Positions 18,627 to 28,464 of a DNA stretch of 64,000 nucleotides are shown here, in pieces. This DNA is from Syntrophales bacterium (GTDB taxonomy: Bacteria > Desulfobacterota > Syntrophia > Syntrophales > PHBD01). The first letter of the stretch is position 1. Every line of letters begins with the position of its first letter. The notes under the pieces are model-generated. The model was not told where the DNA came from and did not search any database. It saw only the letters and a program-made list of their open reading frames with translations. Location of the stretch: the NCBI GenBank assembly GCA_963668175.1, contig OY764159.1:512001-576000 (forward strand), written 5' to 3'. The position numbers were made by a program, and so were the translations under genes.

Positions 18627-18978
18627 TTCTTATTCCTCCTTTCTCATTTTTATTCATATTAATTCGACTCACGAGAATTAGTATTCTCAGAACCTACCTT
18701 TGAAAGCTATACGCAAATCTTTTTAAAAGAATATGCCGGGGGCAAGAGGGCCTTCTTGCCCATTTTTTCCATGTCGTTGATAATCATCGTCCAGCGCGTT
18801 AATATCCATGTAATCGATAACACATATAACCCCTATCAGTTCCCATCCATCAGCGTTCCAGTTAACGGCATACTTCCGGATAGTATGCCATGATCTCGGA
18901 ACATCAATGCCTCTGCCTTACTTCTACCTCCTTTCTACCATGGCGGTTGTCTAACGCATTATGAATGCCTTCAATAAA

Positions 18979-19464
18979 TCAAAGTAGCCAGAGGATCGTC
19001 ATCCTAAGCCTGACTTCAAATTTTTTCCTCTCTTCTCCTTTCAGAGTGAACCTCAATGAAGTCTCCGATCCTTTATGCGAATGTCCGGGAAGGGCATCGA
19101 TATTGTCGTCGTTGTCAGTATTATCATGCTGCACTTCAGTAAGGAGCTTATGCGCAGCATCTAGCACCCCCCTATGCCCTTCGCGACCTTCTGCTTTGTA
19201 GTCCAAGATGAAACGTTCCATTTTCCTGATGCGGTCGATAGGCACTTTGACGATGTCATCGCCAATAGTGCCGGATTTTAGAAAGCCAAGATACAGCGCA
19301 GCGAGCAAGAAGGGGCGGATATTGCCTTCCAAGGTTTTGCCTTTTAGCGTAAAGCGGACTTCCGGCATATGGAGCTGCGGGTTTTTACGACGACTGATCT
19401 TGATGTCGGGCAGATGCCGTATTATTTCCTTTTCGCTCGTGAATTGTCGGATCGGCTTATTCAT
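18979..19464 (-). CDS. Hypothetical protein
   Basis: 161-aa ORF, AAGGAGG upstream, co-oriented with the island core. Confidence 0.55.
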   Translation of the reverse strand: MNKPIRQFTSEKEIIRHLPDIKISRRKNPQLHMPEVRFTLKGKTLEGNIRPFLLAALYLGFLKSGTIGDDIVKVPIDRIRKMERFILDYKAEGREGHRGVLDAAHKLLTEVQHDNTDNDDNIDALPGHSHKGSETSLRFTLKGEERKKFEVRLRMTILWLL

Positions 19465-19909
19465 CCTGCTGGGTGCCTCCTTATCCCTGAATCATCCTGC
19501 CTATTCCGTTGTTGTCCTAGATTATCCGTATCGATCCTTTTTATACCCCGACTCAAATAAATCGTTTTTAAAGCAATACCAGAAGTCAGGTGGCTATCAT
19601 CACCAACCTTGAGTTTGGGAAATCGCGTATAAGCGATATTTGAGCGTCAAAAGTCGGGTTTTACAGAGAGGCAGGGCACTGCGAAAGTGACATGCTCTCA
19701 AATGCGCCACAATCCTAATTTACAGAGGAATCGATTGAATTATTTCCATCTCTGTCTGACACACTGAGAAAGCAGCGTTCCATCCAGCGTAGAACGATAT
19801 ATCAGCAGCATGTGCCAGATATGCATACGTCCTGATTGCTCATTGAGAGGAGATATCCTGTGAGAAGTCTTGTCCAAAGGCTGCCTGCTGTATTCTGTCA
19901 AGGGAGTTC

Positions 19910-20956
19910 TCATATACTTTTGCGGCAGATTCTAGCCCACTCAGAATCAGCCTGCATCATCACTTCCATCAGCGCCGCTTTGAAGCCCTCGAATCTTGCC
20001 ATGTCCTTAACATACTGATTCAAACCCTTGATGAACCCTCTGTGATTGATATGCTCTAGTTGAAAACAATCACCGTTTCCGTAGTTATCAGTCGCTCGAT
20101 AATCCTTATGGAAAACTGGAAGTTCCGTTGACCCCTCAAAGCATTTGAAGTGATAAATATCCTTATTCATTTCGTAAAAGCTTATACCCGTGATAAGATC
20201 GCCGATCCGACTGATTCCGTGTTTTCGGAGCCTATGTCTGGGAGCAGAATACTCTAGTCTGACTCTATCGATATCCTTGATGTCCCAATAATCGCCTGTC
20301 CTGTTGCCGTCTGAGCCTCTTTCATAAATTTTCGTATCCCCGACTCGATATACAGTATTCATCCTATTGCAATTCCCTGTCATTGTCAGTTGACCGCCGT
20401 ATATTTGTGCCCCCCGTCGATAAGGAATGTAGAGACATTTTTTCAACGCCCAGAACAGATTTTCGGCACATCGGGAGTTCCATGCGGGAAGATCAATCGT
20501 GTAGTCGATTGATGACACGCCGGCTTTCGGAAGGTCTTTCCTGATTTTAATCAACAACTCCTTCAGATTCGCCAAGGAACAGCTCTCTTTCGTATGTATT
20601 TCAATCCAGAATGGAGCTTGACGACCAATCGGGAACGTAAAGATGTAGATGTCGCAGGCGGGGAGGTGTTTAATCCATCTTTCTTGATAGTAATCCATTC
20701 TCCTTTGTTGCGGTGGCACCTTGTCGATGAAATAAGGATCAAACAACCTATGAATCGTCCCACGATCTCTGGCAATGTTCTGGCTTCCTACAGTCAATAC
20801 GATCTTGTGGATGAACGCATGTATCATTAACGGTGAATATGGGTCTTCCCCGTCGAGAGATTCGTTCTTTATCCCTTCCAAGCAGTGGCTGACGTATTGC
20901 AATGCCGTTGTTTCCTTTAACCCCCGACTCATTCCTACCCGATCAACCGTCATCAT
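19910..20956 (-). CDS. Putative Rep_trans/MOBT-like replication initiator or relaxase
   Basis: SSIDYTIDL, YRVG, KIYERG, RLEY resemble Rep_trans motifs; lies directly downstream of the xis-like gene. Confidence 0.5.
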   Translation of the reverse strand: MMTVDRVGMSRGLKETTALQYVSHCLEGIKNESLDGEDPYSPLMIHAFIHKIVLTVGSQNIARDRGTIHRLFDPYFIDKVPPQQRRMDYYQERWIKHLPACDIYIFTFPIGRQAPFWIEIHTKESCSLANLKELLIKIRKDLPKAGVSSIDYTIDLPAWNSRCAENLFWALKKCLYIPYRRGAQIYGGQLTMTGNCNRMNTVYRVGDTKIYERGSDGNRTGDYWDIKDIDRVRLEYSAPRHRLRKHGISRIGDLITGISFYEMNKDIYHFKCFEGSTELPVFHKDYRATDNYGNGDCFQLEHINHRGFIKGLNQYVKDMARFEGFKAALMEVMMQADSEWARICRKSI

Positions 20957-21036
20957 CCATTTCCTTCCTGCTAAATGATCTCAACATAAGAGGCAAGGCA
21001 TCCGTTTCTTGCCAATGCGACACAAATGAGATTGGG

Positions 21037-21258
21037 CTATTCCTTCGGGAAAGAATCCACAGTCAATACAGGATTCTGTTTCAGCCATGCCTCGAAGTCT
21101 TCTACCATGTATCTTATGCCCCCACGACTGTTGGTACGGTAAAATCTGGGTCCTTGTTTGCGATATCGCATCGTGCAAAGTTGCCCGACGGTGAATCCAT
21201 AAAGAGCTGCTGCCTGACGAGGTGTTATCGCTTTTGGTGTTATTTTTTCGTTATTCAT
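21037..21258 (-). CDS. Excisionase/AlpA-like winged HTH
   Basis: ITPRQAAALYG..TMRYRKQGPRFY..IRY..EDFEAWL. Confidence 0.85.
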   Translation of the reverse strand: MNNEKITPKAITPRQAAALYGFTVGQLCTMRYRKQGPRFYRTNSRGGIRYMVEDFEAWLKQNPVLTVDSFPKE

Positions 21259-21337
21259 TGATGACCTCCATGCTGGTTTGCATGGAGACGATTATAGATG
21301 AGGATTAGCGGACGTCAAATGAAGGTAAGGGGTGCTG

Positions 21338-22204
21338 CTAAACTTCGAAATCGCCAGGTTGATATGGGCCAGGGAATGTGAATCGTTCGACATTTTTTAT
21401 GATCTTTTCCGCTCGCTTCACATCAGGACTAGGTTTTTTGCGATTGCCGCTCGCATTCGGCTCTCGTATGAACTGATCATATGCCTCTAGATATCTTGCA
21501 AGTTCATCTTCGTGTATTCTATTGATCGAGGCGGAGCTTCGACTCCTGTACGCCCCCTTCGTCTCCAAGAACTGCCTTCTTTCTTTTCTGATACTGTTGA
21601 GTTCCTTGCCGACTTGTTTGCCCGTCAGCTTGCGAAGGGGTACAGCCACGAAGACATATTCATTGTCTGACGTGATCAGTTCCAAGATTTCTTTCGAAGT
21701 GGGACATCGATTGTCTTTAAGCTTTCTAAATCTGCGCAACGAAGCCTCCAATAAGGGTAAGGCCTGAACGGCTTCTGGATCGCTTAAATCGATCATAAAA
21801 TCATCTCGCAGCCTGCTGCCATTTTCGCTCCACCATTTTTCGAATCCATCTTCATCTTCGTGGACATCGCCAAAGAATTCCCAACTATCCAAAAGTTCCC
21901 ATGGGTCAGAATAATCTCGCCCTTCTACCGATTCGTGTTTTTCTTTCCATTTGTCACGATAAAGCTCTTCAACCCTATCAAATATACGGGCGTCTCTACT
22001 AAGCTCTGTGATTTTTTTCAAACGGTATAAGTCTCTACCGGAAAGCGCTTTGCCCTTATCAGTTGTGGTAGATTCGGTGACGGCAATTTCTTCCTCTGCT
22101 TGCTGTATGGTTTCGCAGAATTCCCTATATCGTGTGCTCCGCTTAAGATATTTCCACCACAACTCGTATATTGTTTTCGGCTCTATGGGTTTGCTTCTGG
22201 GCAT
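21338..22204 (-). CDS. Hypothetical protein between int and xis (possible activator)
   Basis: 288 aa; N-terminal WWKYLKRSTRY loosely resembles the WEFLRRNxxY motif. Confidence 0.6.
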   Translation of the reverse strand: MPRSKPIEPKTIYELWWKYLKRSTRYREFCETIQQAEEEIAVTESTTTDKGKALSGRDLYRLKKITELSRDARIFDRVEELYRDKWKEKHESVEGRDYSDPWELLDSWEFFGDVHEDEDGFEKWWSENGSRLRDDFMIDLSDPEAVQALPLLEASLRRFRKLKDNRCPTSKEILELITSDNEYVFVAVPLRKLTGKQVGKELNSIRKERRQFLETKGAYRSRSSASINRIHEDELARYLEAYDQFIREPNASGNRKKPSPDVKRAEKIIKNVERFTFPGPYQPGDFEV

Positions 22205-22248
22205 GGATAGTTCCTTTCCGTGGAGGCCCTTCGGATCAGTCCCATTTC

Positions 22249-23403
22249 TTATGATTGCTCGGCTTGAGCGTTGGCATTTGTATCTCGTTTTTCTTTGAAG
22301 ATATTCTCAAGCTTCGCAGTCGCCTGCCTTTTTTGATCGGGCATCAGGTGTGCATAGCGAGCAGTCATGGCAAGTGTTTTGTGCCCCAGAAGTTCCTTAA
22401 TCGTTAAAATCGTTTCGCCTTGTGATGCGAGCCAGGAGGCGAATGTGTGCCTTAAACTGTGGAATGTAATGATGTGGCGAGGGTCTTCTATCCCGTCGTT
22501 GAATTTCAGCTTGTTAACTGTTCTGGCATATGCGTTCGATACCCGCTGGATTTTACCCCCATGGCTCCTAGCTTTGAAAACATATTCGTCAGGCAAATCA
22601 GGTTTTCTGGCAAGAAGCGTCTCTTTAACAGCTTCTGTCATATAGGCTTTGCGGCTTTCCTTGTTTTTCGGGTCGGCAATGTTGATTATACTGTTTTCGA
22701 AGTTCAAATCCTGCCCCTTGAGATTGAAAATCTCTCCCGCCCTCAATCCACAATGCAGGCTGATCAATGCCATATCATGCACCGTTTTTGAGGTCTTTTC
22801 TAATTCCGTCAACAAAGTATCTGCCTCATCATATGATAGGAATCGATCCCTCTGATTTTTGATAACGGGCATCTTCACCCCTTTGATCGGGTTATCGCCT
22901 TTATACAAACCCCAGGTGATTGCTTTGTTTACTATCTGGCGGAACACGACAAGGCAATGCTTTATACTGGCGGGAGACATTTCTCTCTTGGTCAGATCAG
23001 TTTTCAATCTCTCAAGATCGAACGACGAAATATCGCTGATTCTCTTTTCGCCAAACAGAGGGGCAAGGTGTTTTCGGTATCTACTTTCATCATCCCGTCC
23101 ATACCTCGCCCTGTTGTCTTTCGCCCATTCAATATACGCCTGCGCGGCATCTTTGAAGTACGGGGCTTTGGGTTTTTGCTTAGGTAATTGTTCGCCATGT
23201 CTCAGGCTCCTTATGCGTTCAGCCCGGAGCTGAGATGCAACCCTGACTGAATACCCCTCACTCAACCAGCCGATCTTTTCCCATATTTTCTTCCTGTCCT
23301 TCTTGTAAGTGACGTAGAAACACACGTCGGGCTTGCCAAGAAAATTCCTATGCTCGGATTTTCTTTCGTAGACACCTGGTTGTTTTCGGGTTATATTTCT
23401 CAT
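22249..23403 (-). CDS. int: Tyrosine integrase of the island
   Basis: Arm-binding-like N-terminus, SAM-like core, GLRAGE, KN, HSLRH, LGH, RYAH. Confidence 0.95.
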   Translation of the reverse strand: MRNITRKQPGVYERKSEHRNFLGKPDVCFYVTYKKDRKKIWEKIGWLSEGYSVRVASQLRAERIRSLRHGEQLPKQKPKAPYFKDAAQAYIEWAKDNRARYGRDDESRYRKHLAPLFGEKRISDISSFDLERLKTDLTKREMSPASIKHCLVVFRQIVNKAITWGLYKGDNPIKGVKMPVIKNQRDRFLSYDEADTLLTELEKTSKTVHDMALISLHCGLRAGEIFNLKGQDLNFENSIINIADPKNKESRKAYMTEAVKETLLARKPDLPDEYVFKARSHGGKIQRVSNAYARTVNKLKFNDGIEDPRHIITFHSLRHTFASWLASQGETILTIKELLGHKTLAMTARYAHLMPDQKRQATAKLENIFKEKRDTNANAQAEQS

Positions 23404-23454
23404 TAAGTTCTACGTGAGGGGCACGGGTTATATCGCGTAGGGGTATGATTCTTT

Positions 23455-23474
23455 TTCTACCCTATTTCTACCCC
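23455..23474 (+). repeat. Putative integrase arm-type site, right
   Basis: Identical to 10847-10866. Confidence 0.75.
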
Positions 23475-23602
23475 TATACGTCATTTATTGTGATTCCTTG
23501 AGAATAGGATCGTCTATCGTTAACATGTTAAGTTGTTTATATTATAAGATATGTGATGTCAAGCGATTTTCTGTGACGAGGATGATTTGCCGTATTAATC
23601 GT

Positions 23603-23648
23603 ATTCCTAATCCGTGTGCCGGGCGTTCGAATCGCCCCGGGGGCACCA
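23603..23648 (+). repeat. att site: duplicated 3' 46 bp of tRNA-Arg
   Basis: ATTCCTAATCCGTGTGCCGGGCGTTCGAATCGCCCCGGGGGCACCA, identical to 10753-10798. Confidence 0.97.
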
Positions 23649-23978
23649 TTTCAATCATCACATCATGCTCAACCATGATTTTTCTTTTCCCCTTATCCTT
23701 ATTTTTTACAAAAATGCGCAGACGCTGACTTTCAAAAGTCTCTTTGAAAGTCGCTCATAATGTAACTCCTCGCGAAATTGTCGTTGCTCCGGAAACCTTT
23801 CAGACAAGGTGCGTTGCACCCCCATTAACCCCTATGTATCTGAATAGAAAGGCAAACATCTTTTCAATGCGGGACAAGGTTAAGTGAATCGATTTTCCTC
23901 TATTCTTTTTCCCCAAAAAAAAGTATATATATACTATTCATCGTTACATACAGTACTGATCTCGTTTGAGCTCCATAC

Positions 23979-26051
23979 ATGAAAGTCTCAGGCATCATTA
24001 GATACGTTGAGTCTTTGTCGCCTGTCGATACCATCGGCCAGGCCTTGTATCTTATGTATTCAAACAACGTGGATATCGTTCCCGTTGCCGGTTTGCGTAA
24101 TCGTCCCGTCGCAGCCGTTACCCATAAGGATCTCATGCAGGCCCTGCAAAGCGGCAACTCTTTGGCCGAACCGGTCGGGAATCATTTATCCATCTCTGCC
24201 GGCCGCGTATCCCTCGACATCGAAGTTGACAGAATCCCCGGCGGTACGGCTATTCCCTCCCTTGTTGTAGATAAAGATGGTACGGTCCTCGGCGTTGTCA
24301 CCCTGGCGGATTACGCTGCAGCGCTCAAGAGCGCCATCAAGGAATTTCGAAGACAGATTTATTCGATCATGGATTCCGCAGAAAGCGGTATCGTAGCAAT
24401 TAACGAAAGCGGCACTATTGTAACGGCCAATCGCAAGGCTGAAGAGTTATTTGGTCATGAACCCGGCAGCTTCATCGGACGCAAGGTTCTCGAGGCGATA
24501 CCCAACAGCCGTCTCATGGATATCATGAAATCCGGAAAACCGCTCACGGGGCAGAAATTTGAGGGGACAAACATGTCTTTCGTGGCCAATTATGCTCCCG
24601 TCATCAGAGACGGCAAAGTCGTGGGCGCCGTCAGCGTCTTTCAGGATATTTCCCACTTGGAGGAAATCTCCAACGAACTGGGCGTCGTCAAGGGCCTGAA
24701 CCGCGAACTTGGCGCCATTATCCATTCCTCGTACGACGGTATCTGGGTCACCGACGGCGAGGGGCGTGTTCTCGACATCAACGAAGCGTATGAAAGGATT
24801 ACCGGCATCAAAGCCAGCGAAGTCATCGGCCGAACGATGTATGAGCTCGTAGATGAGGGGTACTTCAACCAGTCCGTAACGCTCGTCGTCATGAAAGAGC
24901 TCAGGAGCGTCACCATCAGCCAAACCGTGAAGGGAAAGAAGCAGATTCTCGTCACCGGCAATCCCATTTTCGACGAAAACGGCAAACTCTTCCGTGTTGT
25001 TACCAACGTCCGGGATGTCTCGGAACTGGCAAACCTTCAGGAACAGCTCTGCCATGAAAAAGCGCGCGCCCTTAAATACAAGACCGAGTTGACCCATCTG
25101 CGGTCCCTGCAGATTCGCAGCGCCGAGTTGATCTTTCGGAGTAGTGTGATGATGCAGGTTGTCGACCTCGCCATCAAGATGGCCGATGTGGATTCCACCC
25201 TGCTCATTACGGGCGAATCGGGAACCGGCAAAGAAGTCATTGCTAAACTCGTTCACAGACAGGGCAAAGGCGATGCGAGTCCCTTCATCGGCATCAATTG
25301 CGCCGCTATTCCGGAGCAACTCCTAGAGTCGGAGCTATTCGGCTACGAAGGCGGTTCCTTTACGGGCGCCAAGAAAGAAGGAAAGCCGGGCCTCTTCGAA
25401 CTCGCCCACAAAGGCACGCTTTTTCTCGATGAAGTGGCGGAACTGCCTCTTCCCTTACAGGTTAAGATTCTTCGCGTTATTCAGGAAAGGCATATTACCC
25501 GCGTCGGGGGAACAGTTGCCAAGCCTGTCACCGTTCGGATCATCACCGCCACGAACCGGAATCTCTCCAAGCTGATCACGGAAGGTTCTTTCCGCGAAGA
25601 CCTCTATTACCGCCTGATGGTTGTTCCGATCAACGTGCCTCCGCTACGCAACCGCAAAGAAGACATTCCTCTCTTGGTACGCCATTTTCTGGACGAATTG
25701 AACCGTCATTTCGGATACAACAAGGCCATCTCCCCTCAAGTTCTTGATAAGCTTATTAATTATGCCTGGCCGGGTAATGTCCGGGAACTGAGGAACGTGA
25801 TCGAACGGATGATCGTCATGTCACAGGGAGATGAAATCACCGTCAACGACCTGCCCGGATTCATCCATGTCAGGCATCCGCTTCACCGTCACGGCGCCCG
25901 CCTGCGGGACGCGGTTATCGAAACGGAAACCCATCTTTTGTCCGATACGTTTAAGGAATGCGGATCATGGCAAAAGACGGCAAAGATCCTCGGAGTGGAC
26001 AGGGCCACTGTCTTTCGCAAGGCATCGAGGTACGGCCTCCTGAACAAATAG
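23979..26051 (+). CDS. sigma54-dependent activator (CBS pair, two PAS, AAA+, HTH)
   Basis: GESGTGKE, ESELFG, GSFTGA, FLDE, WPGNVREL, C-terminal HTH. Confidence 0.93.
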   Translation: MKVSGIIRYVESLSPVDTIGQALYLMYSNNVDIVPVAGLRNRPVAAVTHKDLMQALQSGNSLAEPVGNHLSISAGRVSLDIEVDRIPGGTAIPSLVVDKDGTVLGVVTLADYAAALKSAIKEFRRQIYSIMDSAESGIVAINESGTIVTANRKAEELFGHEPGSFIGRKVLEAIPNSRLMDIMKSGKPLTGQKFEGTNMSFVANYAPVIRDGKVVGAVSVFQDISHLEEISNELGVVKGLNRELGAIIHSSYDGIWVTDGEGRVLDINEAYERITGIKASEVIGRTMYELVDEGYFNQSVTLVVMKELRSVTISQTVKGKKQILVTGNPIFDENGKLFRVVTNVRDVSELANLQEQLCHEKARALKYKTELTHLRSLQIRSAELIFRSSVMMQVVDLAIKMADVDSTLLITGESGTGKEVIAKLVHRQGKGDASPFIGINCAAIPEQLLESELFGYEGGSFTGAKKEGKPGLFELAHKGTLFLDEVAELPLPLQVKILRVIQERHITRVGGTVAKPVTVRIITATNRNLSKLITEGSFREDLYYRLMVVPINVPPLRNRKEDIPLLVRHFLDELNRHFGYNKAISPQVLDKLINYAWPGNVRELRNVIERMIVMSQGDEITVNDLPGFIHVRHPLHRHGARLRDAVIETETHLLSDTFKECGSWQKTAKILGVDRATVFRKASRYGLLNK

Positions 26052-26084
26052 TCGCATGTCTGCGACTCGCAGCATTTCTGCGAC
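26051..26084. promoter_or_regulatory. Putative enhancer (UAS) pair
   Basis: GTCGCA-N4-TGCGAC followed by GCAGCA-N4-TGCGAC, about 160-190 bp upstream of the sigma54 promoter. Confidence 0.6.
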
Positions 26085-26240
26085 TTCTTGTATTTTCAAT
26101 TCGATATACACGATACATGCCATTATCTATGCATTTCTGCATCGTCACCGGATTATCCTATCCCACGCCGCTTGCGCCACCACCCTGTAACATCCTAATT
26201 AGATAGTCGAATTCCCCTCCCCCCCCTAAGTCATTCGTAA

Positions 26241-26255
26241 CGGCATACAAATTGC
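26241..26255 (+). promoter_or_regulatory. sigma54 -24/-12 promoter
   Basis: CGGCATACAAATTGC (GG-N10-GC) upstream of the SBP gene. Confidence 0.8.
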
Positions 26256-26323
26256 CTATCTGATGATTATCAACGCAATAATTTTTTAATAAACAGTCCA
26301 ACCAAACCACATGAGGAGGGATT

Positions 26324-27529
26324 ATGTTTGCCAAGATATTGTCCAGCGTTCTGTTCTTCGTATTTCTATTCTCCCAGGTTGCATATGGTGCGGGCACATT
26401 CGTGATAGGCTGCCCCGCACCCATGACTGGACCAGGAGCCAATTTCGGCGAGAAATTCAAAAAAGCCTACACCATGGCCGTGGACGAAATCAACGCCAGA
26501 GGCGGTGTGAATGGAAACAAGCTTCAGCTTGTCTTCGAAGACACCCAGGCGAAACCGGCCCTGGCAGTTTCCTCCGCCAAGAAGCTCATCTCTTCTGATA
26601 ATGTCATCGCGTTGCTTGGCGGCTGGAGCAGCGGCGTTGCGTTTGCGGTTGCACCTGTGGCCCTCGACAACAAGACGCCTTACCTGCTCGAACATCCGGC
26701 CCTTGATGATATCACCCGCAAGAACAACGACTATGTGTTCCGCTTTCAGCCGACGACAGGCATGTACAGCGCCGCCCTTGAGGATTTCGTTTTGAAAGTC
26801 GTCTATCCCAAAGAAAACAAGAAACAGTTGAAGGTTGCCTATCTCTATGTGGACAATGCCTTCGGCCAGGGCGTTGCAAAGTACGGCATTCTGCCTTTCT
26901 TAAAGAAAAATCCTGACAAGTTTAATCTCGTCGTTTCGGAAGCATATAATGAAAACTCCATGGATTACAAGCCGCTGCTGCTTAAAGTCGTGCACGCCGC
27001 ACCCGATATGGTTGTGCTCACTTCCTATCTGACAGACGGGATTCTTCTTGCAAAGCAGATCAAAGAAGTCGGGCTTAAAGCGAAGATGTTCTCCGGGACC
27101 GGTGCCGGTCACAGCATGCAGGACATCTATGAAAAGAGCGGCAAGGCGACGGAGAAATATTTCAGCTCCGGACCGTGGCACGGTGAAATAAAGGACCCGA
27201 ACTGGAAGAAATGGCATGCCGCTTGGGAAAAGAAGTACAAATATGCTCCCGGTGAACATGAGGTCGAAGGCTATGTGGCCGTTCAAGTCCTTGCCGAAGC
27301 GCTCAAGGGCGTGAAATCTACCAACATTGCGAAGCAACGAGAAGAGCTGAAAGCAAGTCTTAAAGCCCTTAATATGAAAACCATTTTCGGCACCGTCAAA
27401 TTTGAGAATTTCGATGGATATACCAACCAGAACAAAGCCTACAAGATGACTGCCGTAGCGCAATGGATCGACGGCAAGCTTATCCAGGTCTGGCCGAAAG
27501 AGGCCGCGGAACGTCAACCCGTATATTAA
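26324..27529 (+). CDS. Liv-type ABC substrate-binding protein
   Basis: Signal peptide; AVDEINARGGVNG, EDTQAKP. Confidence 0.9.
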   Translation: MFAKILSSVLFFVFLFSQVAYGAGTFVIGCPAPMTGPGANFGEKFKKAYTMAVDEINARGGVNGNKLQLVFEDTQAKPALAVSSAKKLISSDNVIALLGGWSSGVAFAVAPVALDNKTPYLLEHPALDDITRKNNDYVFRFQPTTGMYSAALEDFVLKVVYPKENKKQLKVAYLYVDNAFGQGVAKYGILPFLKKNPDKFNLVVSEAYNENSMDYKPLLLKVVHAAPDMVVLTSYLTDGILLAKQIKEVGLKAKMFSGTGAGHSMQDIYEKSGKATEKYFSSGPWHGEIKDPNWKKWHAAWEKKYKYAPGEHEVEGYVAVQVLAEALKGVKSTNIAKQREELKASLKALNMKTIFGTVKFENFDGYTNQNKAYKMTAVAQWIDGKLIQVWPKEAAERQPVY

Positions 27530-27594
27530 CTAATGAACGGAAGCGGGTTGCCGTCCGTCGGCACCCTCACCCACGAAACTGCGGTATATAGACT

Positions 27595-28461
27595 ATGATA
27601 ACTTCGATCATTATAAACGGCATCCTGATCGGGCTCATCTATGCTCTTCTCGCCATAGGACTAACCATGATCTTCGGTGTCATGCGGATCATCAATATGT
27701 TCCATGGCGATGCAGTGATGCTCGGCATGTATGCCGCCTATGTTCTGTTTGACAGGTTCGGGATCAGTCCTTATGTCAGTGTGTTTTTGACAGCCCCGGT
27801 CTTCTTTATCCTCGGCGCGGTCATTTACAAATTCCTGATCGACCCCATACCCGTCAGGGAAAGGGAGATAACATCCCTTATCATTACCCTCGGTATCTCG
27901 TTTATTTTCGCTACGTCGGCAATGTACATCTGGTCGGCCGATTACCGTACCGTTACGCTCCCCTTTTCCCAGGACGTCATGGTTTTTCTTGAGACAAGAA
28001 TCGGTTACCCGGCACTGATCTCGTCATGCATGTCCGCCGTCCTGATCGTGGCATTCTATCTCTTCATGTCCAAGACCTATATAGGGAGGGCCATAAGGGC
28101 CACTGAACTGGACAAGGATACGGCATCGGTCATGGGAGTCAATGTGAAATGGATTTCGATCGCGACCTTCGGTATCGGCGTCGTACTGGCGGCCATGGCC
28201 GGAGGCGTCCTTTCACCCATTTTCTACATCTATCCCTTTGTCGGCGGCAACTTCGTGATCAAGGCATTCACCATCGTCGTGCTGGGCGGAATGGGTTCCG
28301 TGACCGGCGCTCTGGTGGGGGGTGTCGTCCTTGGCGTGGCGGAAGCCTTAGCGAGTACTTTTTTAGAATACAGTATGAAAGATATCATGGCTTTCATCCT
28401 CTTCCTGGGGATACTGCTCTTCAAGCCATCCGGTTTACTTGGAGGAAAGACGAGGCTATAG
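27595..28461 (+). CDS. livH: Liv-type ABC permease
   Basis: GLTMIFGVMRIINMFHG, VVLGGMGS. Confidence 0.88.
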   Translation: MITSIIINGILIGLIYALLAIGLTMIFGVMRIINMFHGDAVMLGMYAAYVLFDRFGISPYVSVFLTAPVFFILGAVIYKFLIDPIPVREREITSLIITLGISFIFATSAMYIWSADYRTVTLPFSQDVMVFLETRIGYPALISSCMSAVLIVAFYLFMSKTYIGRAIRATELDKDTASVMGVNVKWISIATFGIGVVLAAMAGGVLSPIFYIYPFVGGNFVIKAFTIVVLGGMGSVTGALVGGVVLGVAEALASTFLEYSMKDIMAFILFLGILLFKPSGLLGGKTRL

Positions 28462-28464
28462 ATT

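Larger units (their letters stand above)
10753..23648. mobile_element. Integrative element (about 12.85 kb) inserted in tRNA-Arg(CCT)
   Basis: 46-bp direct repeat at 10753-10798 and 23603-23648; tyrosine integrase next to the right repeat; visibly AT-richer cargo. Confidence 0.95.

Noticed and set aside
18720..18920. Short open frame after an AGGAGG
   Set aside because: No in-frame start follows the RBS; at best a remnant
23603..23648. Second tRNA gene
   Set aside because: Only the 3' 46 bp are present, with no 5' acceptor strand or D arm; it is the att duplication
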